This document shows, piece after piece, positions 40,307 through 49,224 of a DNA stretch of 64,000 nucleotides (position 1 is its first letter; each line of letters opens with the position of its first letter). Below the pieces are notes generated by a model. It ran no database searches, was not told the origin of the DNA, and saw nothing but the letters and a program-made list of their open reading frames with translations. The translations under genes were made by a program, and so were the position numbers. Origin of the DNA: Calditrichaceae bacterium (GTDB lineage: Bacteria > Calditrichota > Calditrichia > Calditrichales > JBFXGD01); the NCBI GenBank assembly GCA_050173015.1, contig JBFXLE010000014.1, positions 36,474-100,473 of the forward strand. The letters run 5' to 3'.

Positions 40307-41257
40307 ATGACAGGCCATAATAATACAAAAAAAAGTCCTTTTACCGTTCTGGGTGATTTCGCCTGGGATGTACTTATTCGTACAAACAGTGAGTTATTGC
40401 CGGGAGGGGATAGTTTTGGCGAAGTTATGATTGCTCCCGGAGGAAGCGCCGCGAATGTCGCTGTCTGGGCATCAAGATGCGGATTAAAGACGACATTTGT
40501 CGGAAAAGTCGGGCGGGACCGGTTCGGACAAATGGCGGCGGAAAACCTGGCGTGGGAGAATGTGGAGGCGCATCTGATCGGCACAAGCGAGCATAGGACG
40601 GCTGCCGTTTCTGTCTGGATAGATCATCAAGGTCAGCGATCGATGGTGTCAGGCCAGGGAGCAGATTTTTATCTGCTTACATCCGAACTTCCTGTGTCAA
40701 TTTTTAAAAACACGCAGCATTTACATTTAAGCGCCTGGTCGCTTTTTCGCGATCCGCCGCGTTCGGCATCAAGAATGGCTTCAAAAATAGTTAAAGAGTC
40801 GGGCGGATCAGTTTCCCTCGATCCGGCGTCCTTTCAGATCATCGGTGAAATTGGCGCTGATAAATTCATGTCATACATTCGGGATCTGAATATTGACATC
40901 TTCTTCCCAAATTTCGAGGAAGGCCGTGTTCTGAGCGGTGAGAAGAATCCAAAAGCCATTATAAGGAAATTATCCGCGATGATACCCGGTGCAATTATCG
41001 CGCTAAAACTTGATTCCAATGGGGCTCTGATAATGTGTGAAGGGAAGGAAACTCTTATTCCTGCCGCGACGAACTCGATTATAGACGCGACAGGAGCGGG
41101 TGATGCCTTTGCCGGCGCGTTTTTGTCAAAATATTTGCGCGGTTGCGATATTACAACTTCCGGAAAATTTGCCGTCAAAATATCAGCCTGGGTTGTAAAT
41201 CATATCAGCGCGCGGCCGCATAGTGATAAAGCGCTGGAAAATATATTACAATCTTAG
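40307..41257 (+). CDS. PfkB-family carbohydrate kinase
   Basis: PGGSAANVA, FPNFEE, DATGAGDAF. Confidence 0.92.
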   Translation: MTGHNNTKKSPFTVLGDFAWDVLIRTNSELLPGGDSFGEVMIAPGGSAANVAVWASRCGLKTTFVGKVGRDRFGQMAAENLAWENVEAHLIGTSEHRTAAVSVWIDHQGQRSMVSGQGADFYLLTSELPVSIFKNTQHLHLSAWSLFRDPPRSASRMASKIVKESGGSVSLDPASFQIIGEIGADKFMSYIRDLNIDIFFPNFEEGRVLSGEKNPKAIIRKLSAMIPGAIIALKLDSNGALIMCEGKETLIPAATNSIIDATGAGDAFAGAFLSKYLRGCDITTSGKFAVKISAWVVNHISARPHSDKALENILQS

Positions 41258-42087
41258 TCTTCTGAAGTGCTGCTCACTTTTTTTGAAGTAAATTTAGCCC
41301 TTTTTGTAATTTTTTTTGAAGGATATCCGGCGGGAATTCTTGATTTTGGCAGTACTACCTCATGTGGCGCGATTGTGGCGCCGGCTCCAATTTCTACGTC
41401 CCCGAAAATGGTCGCTTTCAGACCAACCGTGGCTCCCTTACCGATTTTTACCGGGGCAATAACCAGATATCCTCTTACCGCGTAGTGACAAACAATCGTG
41501 GCGGAGCCTCCGATAGTCACATTATCCTCAATCTCTATCAGGGAAGGATCTGAAATATTTGTGGTATTTAAATGCACGCCTTTACCAATTTTCATACCCA
41601 TTAGTCTGTAAAAAAGAATATTAAGCGGGGTCGGTGTTATAAACTCCAAAAATGTATATCGAACCAGATAAGTAAACGCATTGTGAAAATACCAGGGTAC
41701 AGATTGCAGAGAATAATACCCTCCGCGCCAGGGCTTGATACGAAGCGGTAAAATGAAATTAAAAAAGGGCGCCACAAAAATTATCGTAAAGCCGTACATG
41801 AAAAATCCCGCTACAAGAGAGAACGCAATGGCGACAATCTGAAAAAATGGCATCCAATCTTTTGAATATTCCAGAACATATTGAAAAAAATAAACCCCGG
41901 GTGTGAGAGAAATGGACATGATCATTATCCCCAGAATATAAAGCGGTATCAACGCGATCAGATAGCTTACTGTTCTGAATCGTCTGAGGAAAGTCTCAAA
42001 AAATTTTGCTATTCCGGTTTTAGAAGACGTGGTGGAATACACATTTTCTTTATTATTCCCTGAGTTGGTATGTTGTGCCATAAACAT
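41254..42087 (-). CDS. Membrane-anchored hexapeptide-repeat acyltransferase
   Basis: 2 TM, then LMGMKIGKGV..IEIEDNVTIG..VKIGKGATVG..VEIGAGATI (left-handed beta-helix). Confidence 0.8.
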   Translation of the reverse strand: MFMAQHTNSGNNKENVYSTTSSKTGIAKFFETFLRRFRTVSYLIALIPLYILGIMIMSISLTPGVYFFQYVLEYSKDWMPFFQIVAIAFSLVAGFFMYGFTIIFVAPFFNFILPLRIKPWRGGYYSLQSVPWYFHNAFTYLVRYTFLEFITPTPLNILFYRLMGMKIGKGVHLNTTNISDPSLIEIEDNVTIGGSATIVCHYAVRGYLVIAPVKIGKGATVGLKATIFGDVEIGAGATIAPHEVVLPKSRIPAGYPSKKITKRAKFTSKKVSSTSED

Positions 42088-42366
42088 ATCCTCTTTAAGA
42101 TATGAGTTTAATGAAGATCGGTTGTTCCGGCCGTTGATTTTTCGCTTAAAAATATATTAACACAAAATTTTCAATTTTTCAAAGCGATTAAACCATAAAT
42201 GATGAATACATTTAGTCTAACGCAGTTATGGGTAAATAAATTTTCCTACAATTTAATTTGTTTTTTTCCCGTGATGTATAAATATTAAAGATGTGTTCCT
42301 GATGATTAATATTTATCATAAAAACAGATGAAATCCAATCACTAAACAAATGTTCGAGAGATCACA

Positions 42367-42831
42367 ATGAATTCTCATAACTTATTGAGGATAGAAAAAG
42401 CAGGCCGGTCTGAAGCAAATAGTATTGCTGAATTTCAGAAAAGAATGGCGCTGGAAACGGAAAACCTTAATCTGGAAATCGAAATAGTCAGAAAAGGGGT
42501 CGGCGCGATCTTTGATAATCCCGAACGGGGCTTTTACATGATTGTTAAAGATGGTAAAGATAATTGTATTGGTTCCATGCTTGTGCAGAAGGAATGGAGT
42601 GATTGGCGGAATGCCGATGTCTGGTGGCTGCACAGCGTGTTTATTTTGCCTGAATACAGGGGGCGCGGAATCTTTCGGAAATTATTTGAAAATACAGAGC
42701 GAATGGCATTGGAATCTGGGGTAATCGGGATTAGACTATATGTTGATAAAAGTAATCTGCACGCGCAGCAGGTGTACGCCGGTTTACAAATGACAAACGA
42801 ACATTATGAACTATATGAAAAGATGTTCTGA
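42367..42831 (+). CDS. GNAT N-acetyltransferase
   Basis: EWSDWRN..WWLHSVFILPEYRGRGIF, RLYV..N..AQ.VY. Confidence 0.9.
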   Translation: MNSHNLLRIEKAGRSEANSIAEFQKRMALETENLNLEIEIVRKGVGAIFDNPERGFYMIVKDGKDNCIGSMLVQKEWSDWRNADVWWLHSVFILPEYRGRGIFRKLFENTERMALESGVIGIRLYVDKSNLHAQQVYAGLQMTNEHYELYEKMF

Positions 42832-42853
42832 GTATTAATCAGAAAGGGTAAAA

Positions 42854-43282
42854 ATGAGTATCTGGCACGGTGAATTCAGTATCGAAAGTATCAATGAAAA
42901 GGGTAAAAACACAATGGCGGAGCAAATCGGTATTGAATTCGTGGATTTTGGATCCGATTATTTAAAAGCCCGAATGCCTGTTGACTATCGTTCAATACAA
43001 CCGGCGGGTATTCTCCATGGAGGCGCTTCCGTCGCGCTTGCGGAAACAATTGGAAGTGTGGGCGCTTATCTTTCCCTGGATCCGGAAATGTTTTATTGTG
43101 TCGGTTTAGAAATTAACGCTAATCATGTCCGGTCAGAAAGAAGCGGCTATGTCTATGGAACAGGAACACCCATACATCTCGGAAAAAGCACGCAAATTTG
43201 GGAAATCAGGATTACAAACGATAAAGAGCAGTTGATTTGCATAAGCAGAATCACGATGGCTGTTCTCAAAAAGAATGTATAA
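42854..43282 (+). CDS. Hotdog-fold thioesterase (MenI/YdiI-like)
   Basis: QPAGILHGGASVALAETIGS, VGLEINANH. Confidence 0.9.
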   Translation: MSIWHGEFSIESINEKGKNTMAEQIGIEFVDFGSDYLKARMPVDYRSIQPAGILHGGASVALAETIGSVGAYLSLDPEMFYCVGLEINANHVRSERSGYVYGTGTPIHLGKSTQIWEIRITNDKEQLICISRITMAVLKKNV

Positions 43283-43460
43283 CAATAATATAAATTTACA
43301 GAAAAACATCAGTTTTTGCCGGAATACACCAAAAAAATAATAAAAAATAGTGATTTTTCTATAATTATCTCTTATTTTAAACCGGTTTTAGAGAATTTAA
43401 ATTAATGGAAATTAAAAAAGTAATCCTGAGGATTCTCACAATGGAGAGGATTATTTTATC

Positions 43461-44231
43461 ATGACGATTAACAATTCAGAAATAGATCAGCAAAAACAAA
43501 AACAAATTCTGAAACTTGTAACGAACAGCTTCTATAAAGAACTGGTCAACTATGGCGTTGAGCAAAGTGATATCGTAACGGTCTCGGTTAATCTTCTGGA
43601 TTTAGTTACAGAAAAAGATAATGTAGCGTCCGGAAATAATCATTACTTTAATAATATTTTTTCCATCAAAGCGGTTGAGAATCATTGGAATGAAAAAAAT
43701 TGTTTATGTCTTGAAAAAGTGTCTCTTGAACCGCTTAAAATAAATCATCTCGCGAAAATCACCGAATGGCTGAAGGCACCGGAAATAAGGGAAACATTTA
43801 TTGAATTTTTCCCTAAGACAAAAGATGAGCTGCAAAAATATCTTTTTGATAATGTCAATCATTGCTACTTTGCCATTTTTTATGAAAAAGAACTGGTCGG
43901 ATTTATCGGGGCAGATACCATTGACCGGAATTTTAAAAAACTTGAAATGAAAAAGCTGATTGGGGATGCGGAATTCAGGAGCAGGGGAATAGGCAAAATT
44001 GCGACTTTTCTGTTTTTATACCATACCTTCAAAATTCTGAATTTCAATAAAGTCTATATTCATTCACTTGATACTAACATTAAGAATATCAATTTAAACA
44101 GCAAATTTGGATTTGAACTTGAAGGGATTTTATATAAAGACGCCTATCTTAAGGGTGTCTATCGTGACGTCCTAAGGATGGGTTTGCTAAAAACAAAATG
44201 GGAGAAAATTTTTTCAAATCCAAAACATTGA
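43461..44231 (+). CDS. RimJ/RimL-type GNAT acetyltransferase with extra N-terminal helical domain
   Basis: IGDAEFRSRGIGK, N..NINLNSKFGFELEG, DVLRMGLL. Confidence 0.8.
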   Translation: MTINNSEIDQQKQKQILKLVTNSFYKELVNYGVEQSDIVTVSVNLLDLVTEKDNVASGNNHYFNNIFSIKAVENHWNEKNCLCLEKVSLEPLKINHLAKITEWLKAPEIRETFIEFFPKTKDELQKYLFDNVNHCYFAIFYEKELVGFIGADTIDRNFKKLEMKKLIGDAEFRSRGIGKIATFLFLYHTFKILNFNKVYIHSLDTNIKNINLNSKFGFELEGILYKDAYLKGVYRDVLRMGLLKTKWEKIFSNPKH

Positions 44232-44343
44232 ACTCAAAAATATTTCATCTAATGTATCTTCAGTTTAATCTCTCCGTTCTTATCCTGAACCCCGGTCCAT
44301 ATCAGCCTGACTATTCTGGAAATTTCATCAAAAAATATATTTC

Positions 44344-44372
44344 TTGACAAGTGCAATCTTTCTTTTTATAAT
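44344..44372 (+). promoter_or_regulatory. Consensus sigma70 promoter
   Basis: TTGACA(44344-44349)-17 bp-TATAAT(44367-44372). Confidence 0.8.
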
Positions 44373-44408
44373 ACAGGTGTACGATAGTACTATAAAAAGG
44401 AAAAAGCC

Positions 44409-44621
44409 ATGGGAACATCTATTTTGCAAAATAACGCTTTATTGATGGATTCTTTTTATACTAAGACAAGATTCGATGTCCTTACCGATGAGGAACTTGA
44501 AATTTTTGAGGAAAGGGCTGCCATCATGGAATACGAAGGCTGTTTAAGCAGGGAACAGGCGGAATCTATGGCGATCAAAGAAATTTTGAATTCCAGAGAA
44601 AGACTCAGCTTAGCCGGGTGA
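44409..44621 (+). CDS. Small hypothetical protein with EERAAIMEYEGxLSRxxAE motif
   Basis: Has its own promoter and an AAGGA RBS; helical motif recalled from phage-associated proteins. Confidence 0.7.
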   Translation: MGTSILQNNALLMDSFYTKTRFDVLTDEELEIFEERAAIMEYEGCLSREQAESMAIKEILNSRERLSLAG

Positions 44622-44885
44622 TATCTTTTATAATTATGTAAATTCTCCGGAATTTTAGAATTGATGCCGATTGCTTCTTTCGGATTACAAGTTTCTGGTC
44701 TCCCCGTTTTCCGTTTTGCCGAACAATGAATCTAATTGTCTCAGTGCATATAATCATTGCCTATATTAGGAGTAATAATCCCTATCTCCCTCCATTCCGA
44801 ATAAATACCGTCTTGCTTACGTTTTAATTATCAACAAATATACACCCCACCCACCCTGTGACACGTAAAATTATGATGGAGACCA

Positions 44886-45644
44886 ATGAAGTTTGAACGG
44901 TTAAAATTTAAAGGAAGTCAGGATCATTTACTTAGCGCCCGCCTGGACTTGCCGGATGAAAGAGAACCCACCGCCTATGCTATTTTTGCGCATTGTTTTA
45001 CATGCAGTAAAAATTTAAAAGCAATTCACAACATAAATATGTCTTTAACCGCAAAAGGAATTGCCGTTCTTCGCTTTGATTTTACGGGTCTTGGTGAGAG
45101 TGAGGGAGATTTCGCGGATACAAATTTTTCATCTAACGTGGGTGATCTTGTCGCGGCAGCGGATTACCTGCGTTCCAATTATACGGCGCCGAAAATACTG
45201 ATCGGTCATTCGCTGGGTGGCGCCGCAATACTTCAGTCCGCAATATCTATTCCATCTTCGGTCGCAGTCAGCACCATTGGCTCTCCTTTTGATCCCGGGC
45301 ACGTTAAAGCCCTGCTACGGAGTACGCGAGAACAAATAGAGCTGCAGGGGGAAGCGGAATTTGTGTTGGCCGGGCGTCAATTTAGGATAAAAAAACAATT
45401 TTTGGATGATCTTGAACAGGCAAAAATGGATCAATTTATCCGGAACCTAAACAAAGCGCTCCTCATTTTTCATTCACCGGTTGATAATATTGTTGGTATC
45501 GATAACGCGGCAAAAATTTTTATGACGGCAAGACATCCCAAGAGTTTTATATCGCTTGATAAAGCCGATCATCTGCTGGCTGAGGAGACAGATTCAAAAT
45601 ATGTCGGCGCCATAATTGGTACATGGGCCGGGATGTATTTGTGA
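44886..45644 (+). CDS. Alpha/beta hydrolase (type usually fused to OsmC; OsmC domain absent here)
   Basis: FAHCFTCSK, RFDFTGLGESEG, GHSLGG, HSPVD, ADHLL. Confidence 0.88.
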   Translation: MKFERLKFKGSQDHLLSARLDLPDEREPTAYAIFAHCFTCSKNLKAIHNINMSLTAKGIAVLRFDFTGLGESEGDFADTNFSSNVGDLVAAADYLRSNYTAPKILIGHSLGGAAILQSAISIPSSVAVSTIGSPFDPGHVKALLRSTREQIELQGEAEFVLAGRQFRIKKQFLDDLEQAKMDQFIRNLNKALLIFHSPVDNIVGIDNAAKIFMTARHPKSFISLDKADHLLAEETDSKYVGAIIGTWAGMYL

Positions 45645-46072
45645 TAATATGAAATATTTGGCTCCAGTTATTGATACACAAATTTAAATATGCTGATACA
45701 TTCCAAATCATCCTTAACCCGTTGTACCAACATTCCAAATTTAACTCAGATCCAAAGTCTCAATAAGTCTTAATTAAAATAGGAGCATAAGGCTATAACG
45801 CGTCTCCGTTCAAATTACCGGCGGGCAAATTTTCAATTCAATCCCATGATGTTCATATTAAAATTTATGAAGGTATTTCTTAAGTTTTCAGGCGATGAAG
45901 TCGATACATCATTAAGTTAAACCCCGGTTTGGTTGAGGGGTATGAAACATTCTTTGAATCTGAGAGATTTTTTTTGTAAAATTTGACAATTAATTAGACG
46001 ATTATTTTATGCTGATTTGCTTTTATAAAGCCGAGGATAATGGACAGAGCGAATTTGGCGTGAGATCGGTTT

Positions 46073-48493
46073 ATGGCTAAAAAAAATATAAATTCATCAT
46101 TTATCGGCAGAGTACTTGATAACTACCGCATTCTGGAGAGTCTTGGGCAGGGTGGCATGGGCATGGTATTCAAGGCGCTTAATGTCAAGCTGGATAAAAT
46201 TGTTGCCATAAAAATTCTGGCGCCGGGATTATCGATGAACGATAATTTCATAAAGCGTTTTCAAACGGAAGCAAGAGCTCTCGCGAAGCTGGAAAACCGG
46301 AATATTGTCAATATATATGATCTCCGTTCAGATAATTTTCAATGGTTCATCGTGATGGAGTTTGTTGACGGCAAGACTCTCGGGGATTTAATTTCAGGAC
46401 GGGGGGCGTTTTCATGGGATGAGGCCCTGAAAATATTTAAACAAATGCTTAACGCCATCGGACACGCTCACAGCGCCGGCATCATCCACCGCGATATCAA
46501 ACCCAATAACGTTCTGATTACAGAAAACGGAATTGTAAAAATTACCGATTTCGGACTTGCAAAAGATCAGCAGTACACAGGTAATACAGTGACCTTCGCA
46601 TCCGGCGGAACTCTTTTTTATATGTCTCCGGAACAGGTGAGAGGGCTTCAGTTTACCGATCTCAGAAGCGATATCTACGCTCTGGGCATTACTCTTTATG
46701 AGATGCTTGCCGGGAAAACGCCATTTAAAGAGAGTCACACTGATTTTGATATTCGTGAGACGATTGTACGTAAAGAATTTCCGCCTCCTGTCAGCTACAA
46801 TCCAAAAATTCCTTCCGGGTTAAATGATATTGTTATGAAAGCCATTTCCAAAGACCCGGATACACGGTACCAGAGTGTGAAAGATCTGAGCGATGCCATT
46901 GATTATTTCGAATCCAATTATACAAGTCGTATAACTTATAATACTCAAAATTCAGAAAAAAACAGGGTTAGTGATAAAAAAGCCGCATCTCAGAGCGCTC
47001 TGGATTACCGGGGCAGCCTCGAAACCGATATCTTATCCGAAGCTATAAATTATGGGAAAAGTAAACATTCGGCCGGTAAATTCGCCGCGACCGGGTTAAT
47101 CATTTTACTGCTTTTTGTGATAGCGTTTCTATTGTTCCCTGATAATATTCCATGGTTCAAAAGTGACCCTGATAAGGCAATGGTGGCCATTGACAGTTCG
47201 CCGCGACAGGCCAGTGTAATTGTTGACGAAATCCCCATAGGGGTAACGCCTCTAAATGAGTTTAAATCCGAAAGCGGGATGTTAAAATTGCGACTGAAGA
47301 AAAGCGGATTTTTTGATATTGATACTACCGTGGTAATTGAAAAGGATCACAATAACGCGTTTATATTCAATTTGACGCCGGCTGCCGATGTTTCACTAAA
47401 TATTCTTCCGGTGGATTCCGAAATTCAACTTGACGGAAAAATGATTTCGGCTGAAATGATTTCTGAACTGCGTTTGACCGTGGGCGATCATTCCATAGAG
47501 GTATCTCATCCCGGTTATGAATCTGAAATTTTTCAATTCTATGCTGATGCAGGTAAAAACGCACCTCTCAATTTCAGGCTTAGAAAAAAAATTAATAATA
47601 TTTCCGAAATTTCTGAAAAATATGGGATTTTGAGTGTGAAATCAAATCCGGAGGGAGCGGAAATATTATTAAATAATCGCTTCGTGGGGAAAACTCCGTT
47701 TACCGGTAATAAGTACCCGGAAGGTGAATATGATTTGCTGCTTCGCCGGAACGGATATGTTGATTATTCGCAAAAAGTGGTTGTCAGACCAAATCAGTCT
47801 TTCGACGTCATGGCGGCTCTGATAAAAAAAGCGGGTTCTTTGACGATAAGTTCAGAACCCTCTGACGCGATGGTGTCTCTGGATGGGAAAGAACTCAAAG
47901 GAAAGCTAACGCCATTCACATTAGAATCCGTCGCGCCCGGAAAACACGATATTTCAATAAAGAAAGAGGGGTACTCCGGGTCATCAGGGTCGATTACCGT
48001 CAGTGAAGATCAGGAAAGCGAGTTTTTTGGCGAACTTAAGCGGTTAATGGGAGATCTTGAAGTTCATGTGAAGCCATGGGGCACCATTTATATTGACGGT
48101 AAACTAATGAAAAAAGATACTGATCTAAAATATATGGTTCAGTTGCCGGCAATAAAACATATGGTAAGAGTGGTTCATCCGTCTCTGGGAGTCTGCGAAA
48201 AGGAAATACACGTCGAACACGATGAAACAGTGAAATTCTCAGTGGATTTTAATAAAATTGTCAATGTAAGTGTCTCGGCATTCGATTCGGATGGTAAGCC
48301 TGTTTGGGGGGAAATCATTGTTGACGGGCAAAATACCGGTGAGATGACACCGAAAGAAATTAAACTGCGGGTCGGAATGCACACAATTGCTGTCAAAAAA
48401 GATGGTTACGTGCTGATCGGCGGGGAGAAACAAATACTCGTGGACGAAGAAGGCAGAATTTTCCAAAAATTTATACTCAAGAGAAACGGTTAA
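46073..48493 (+). CDS. Hanks-type Ser/Thr protein kinase with TM and multiple PEGA domains
   Basis: LGQGGMG, VAIK, HRDIKPNN, DFG, YMSPEQ; TM; about 6 PEGA-like repeats (S.P.GA.I..G.TP). Confidence 0.92.
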   Translation: MAKKNINSSFIGRVLDNYRILESLGQGGMGMVFKALNVKLDKIVAIKILAPGLSMNDNFIKRFQTEARALAKLENRNIVNIYDLRSDNFQWFIVMEFVDGKTLGDLISGRGAFSWDEALKIFKQMLNAIGHAHSAGIIHRDIKPNNVLITENGIVKITDFGLAKDQQYTGNTVTFASGGTLFYMSPEQVRGLQFTDLRSDIYALGITLYEMLAGKTPFKESHTDFDIRETIVRKEFPPPVSYNPKIPSGLNDIVMKAISKDPDTRYQSVKDLSDAIDYFESNYTSRITYNTQNSEKNRVSDKKAASQSALDYRGSLETDILSEAINYGKSKHSAGKFAATGLIILLLFVIAFLLFPDNIPWFKSDPDKAMVAIDSSPRQASVIVDEIPIGVTPLNEFKSESGMLKLRLKKSGFFDIDTTVVIEKDHNNAFIFNLTPAADVSLNILPVDSEIQLDGKMISAEMISELRLTVGDHSIEVSHPGYESEIFQFYADAGKNAPLNFRLRKKINNISEISEKYGILSVKSNPEGAEILLNNRFVGKTPFTGNKYPEGEYDLLLRRNGYVDYSQKVVVRPNQSFDVMAALIKKAGSLTISSEPSDAMVSLDGKELKGKLTPFTLESVAPGKHDISIKKEGYSGSSGSITVSEDQESEFFGELKRLMGDLEVHVKPWGTIYIDGKLMKKDTDLKYMVQLPAIKHMVRVVHPSLGVCEKEIHVEHDETVKFSVDFNKIVNVSVSAFDSDGKPVWGEIIVDGQNTGEMTPKEIKLRVGMHTIAVKKDGYVLIGGEKQILVDEEGRIFQKFILKRNG

Positions 48494-48597
48494 TATCTTT
48501 GGCCGTTTCAATTTATACCGTGAGTATATGATTTAGCCTTTCGAATCGTTTATGATAGAAATAAGTCTGTATGCATATTGAAGGAGAGTGAAAAAGT

Positions 48598-49167
48598 TTG
48601 AATCTGAAATCATTTATCTCAGTCCTGCTTTCCATAAGCTTTCTGTCATTTCAGTTTATGATACCGGTTATAGACAACACCTCGGTTCTTCATGCCCAGG
48701 AAAGCGAACAGGCATGCGCAAAAATGCTGAGTGCGGCACAGACCATGTACTATGAAGGCCGGTTTGACGAAGCGATTGATTTGGTAAAAGAATGCCTGAA
48801 ATCAAATGATTATTCGATGGAAGATAAAAAACTGGCATATAAAATTGCCGGGCAGTCACTTCTCGCGAAAGGTTATCCGGACACCGCGAAAGAATTCATA
48901 AGAAAATTACTGGAAATGGATCCTGGATATCACCCGACAATAGAGGATGAACCACCTGTCTTTGTTGAACTGGTTGATGTCGTAAGAACAGAAATAAGTG
49001 TTCAGGAAGCGGCGTCTGTTCCTGAAAAGAAAAGTAATAAAAAATGGATCTGGATAGGCGCCGGGGGAGCTGTTCTTCTCGGCACAATAGCGATTATTGC
49101 CGGTGGAAGCGGTGGGGGAGATTCCGACGGTAAAAAACCGTTATCATCGCCGCCGGACTGGCCCTGA
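48598..49167 (+). CDS. Exported TPR-like protein with C-terminal TM and Gly/Pro-rich tail
   Basis: Signal peptide, YYEGRFDEAIDL..TPR helices, KWIWIGAGGAVLLG..GGSGGG..PLSSPPDWP. Confidence 0.7.
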   Translation: MNLKSFISVLLSISFLSFQFMIPVIDNTSVLHAQESEQACAKMLSAAQTMYYEGRFDEAIDLVKECLKSNDYSMEDKKLAYKIAGQSLLAKGYPDTAKEFIRKLLEMDPGYHPTIEDEPPVFVELVDVVRTEISVQEAASVPEKKSNKKWIWIGAGGAVLLGTIAIIAGGSGGGDSDGKKPLSSPPDWP

Positions 49168-49224
49168 GTAACTACCGGTGAGTAAAGAATCAAAACAGAC
49201 AATATTTGACGAACGGTAATTGAT

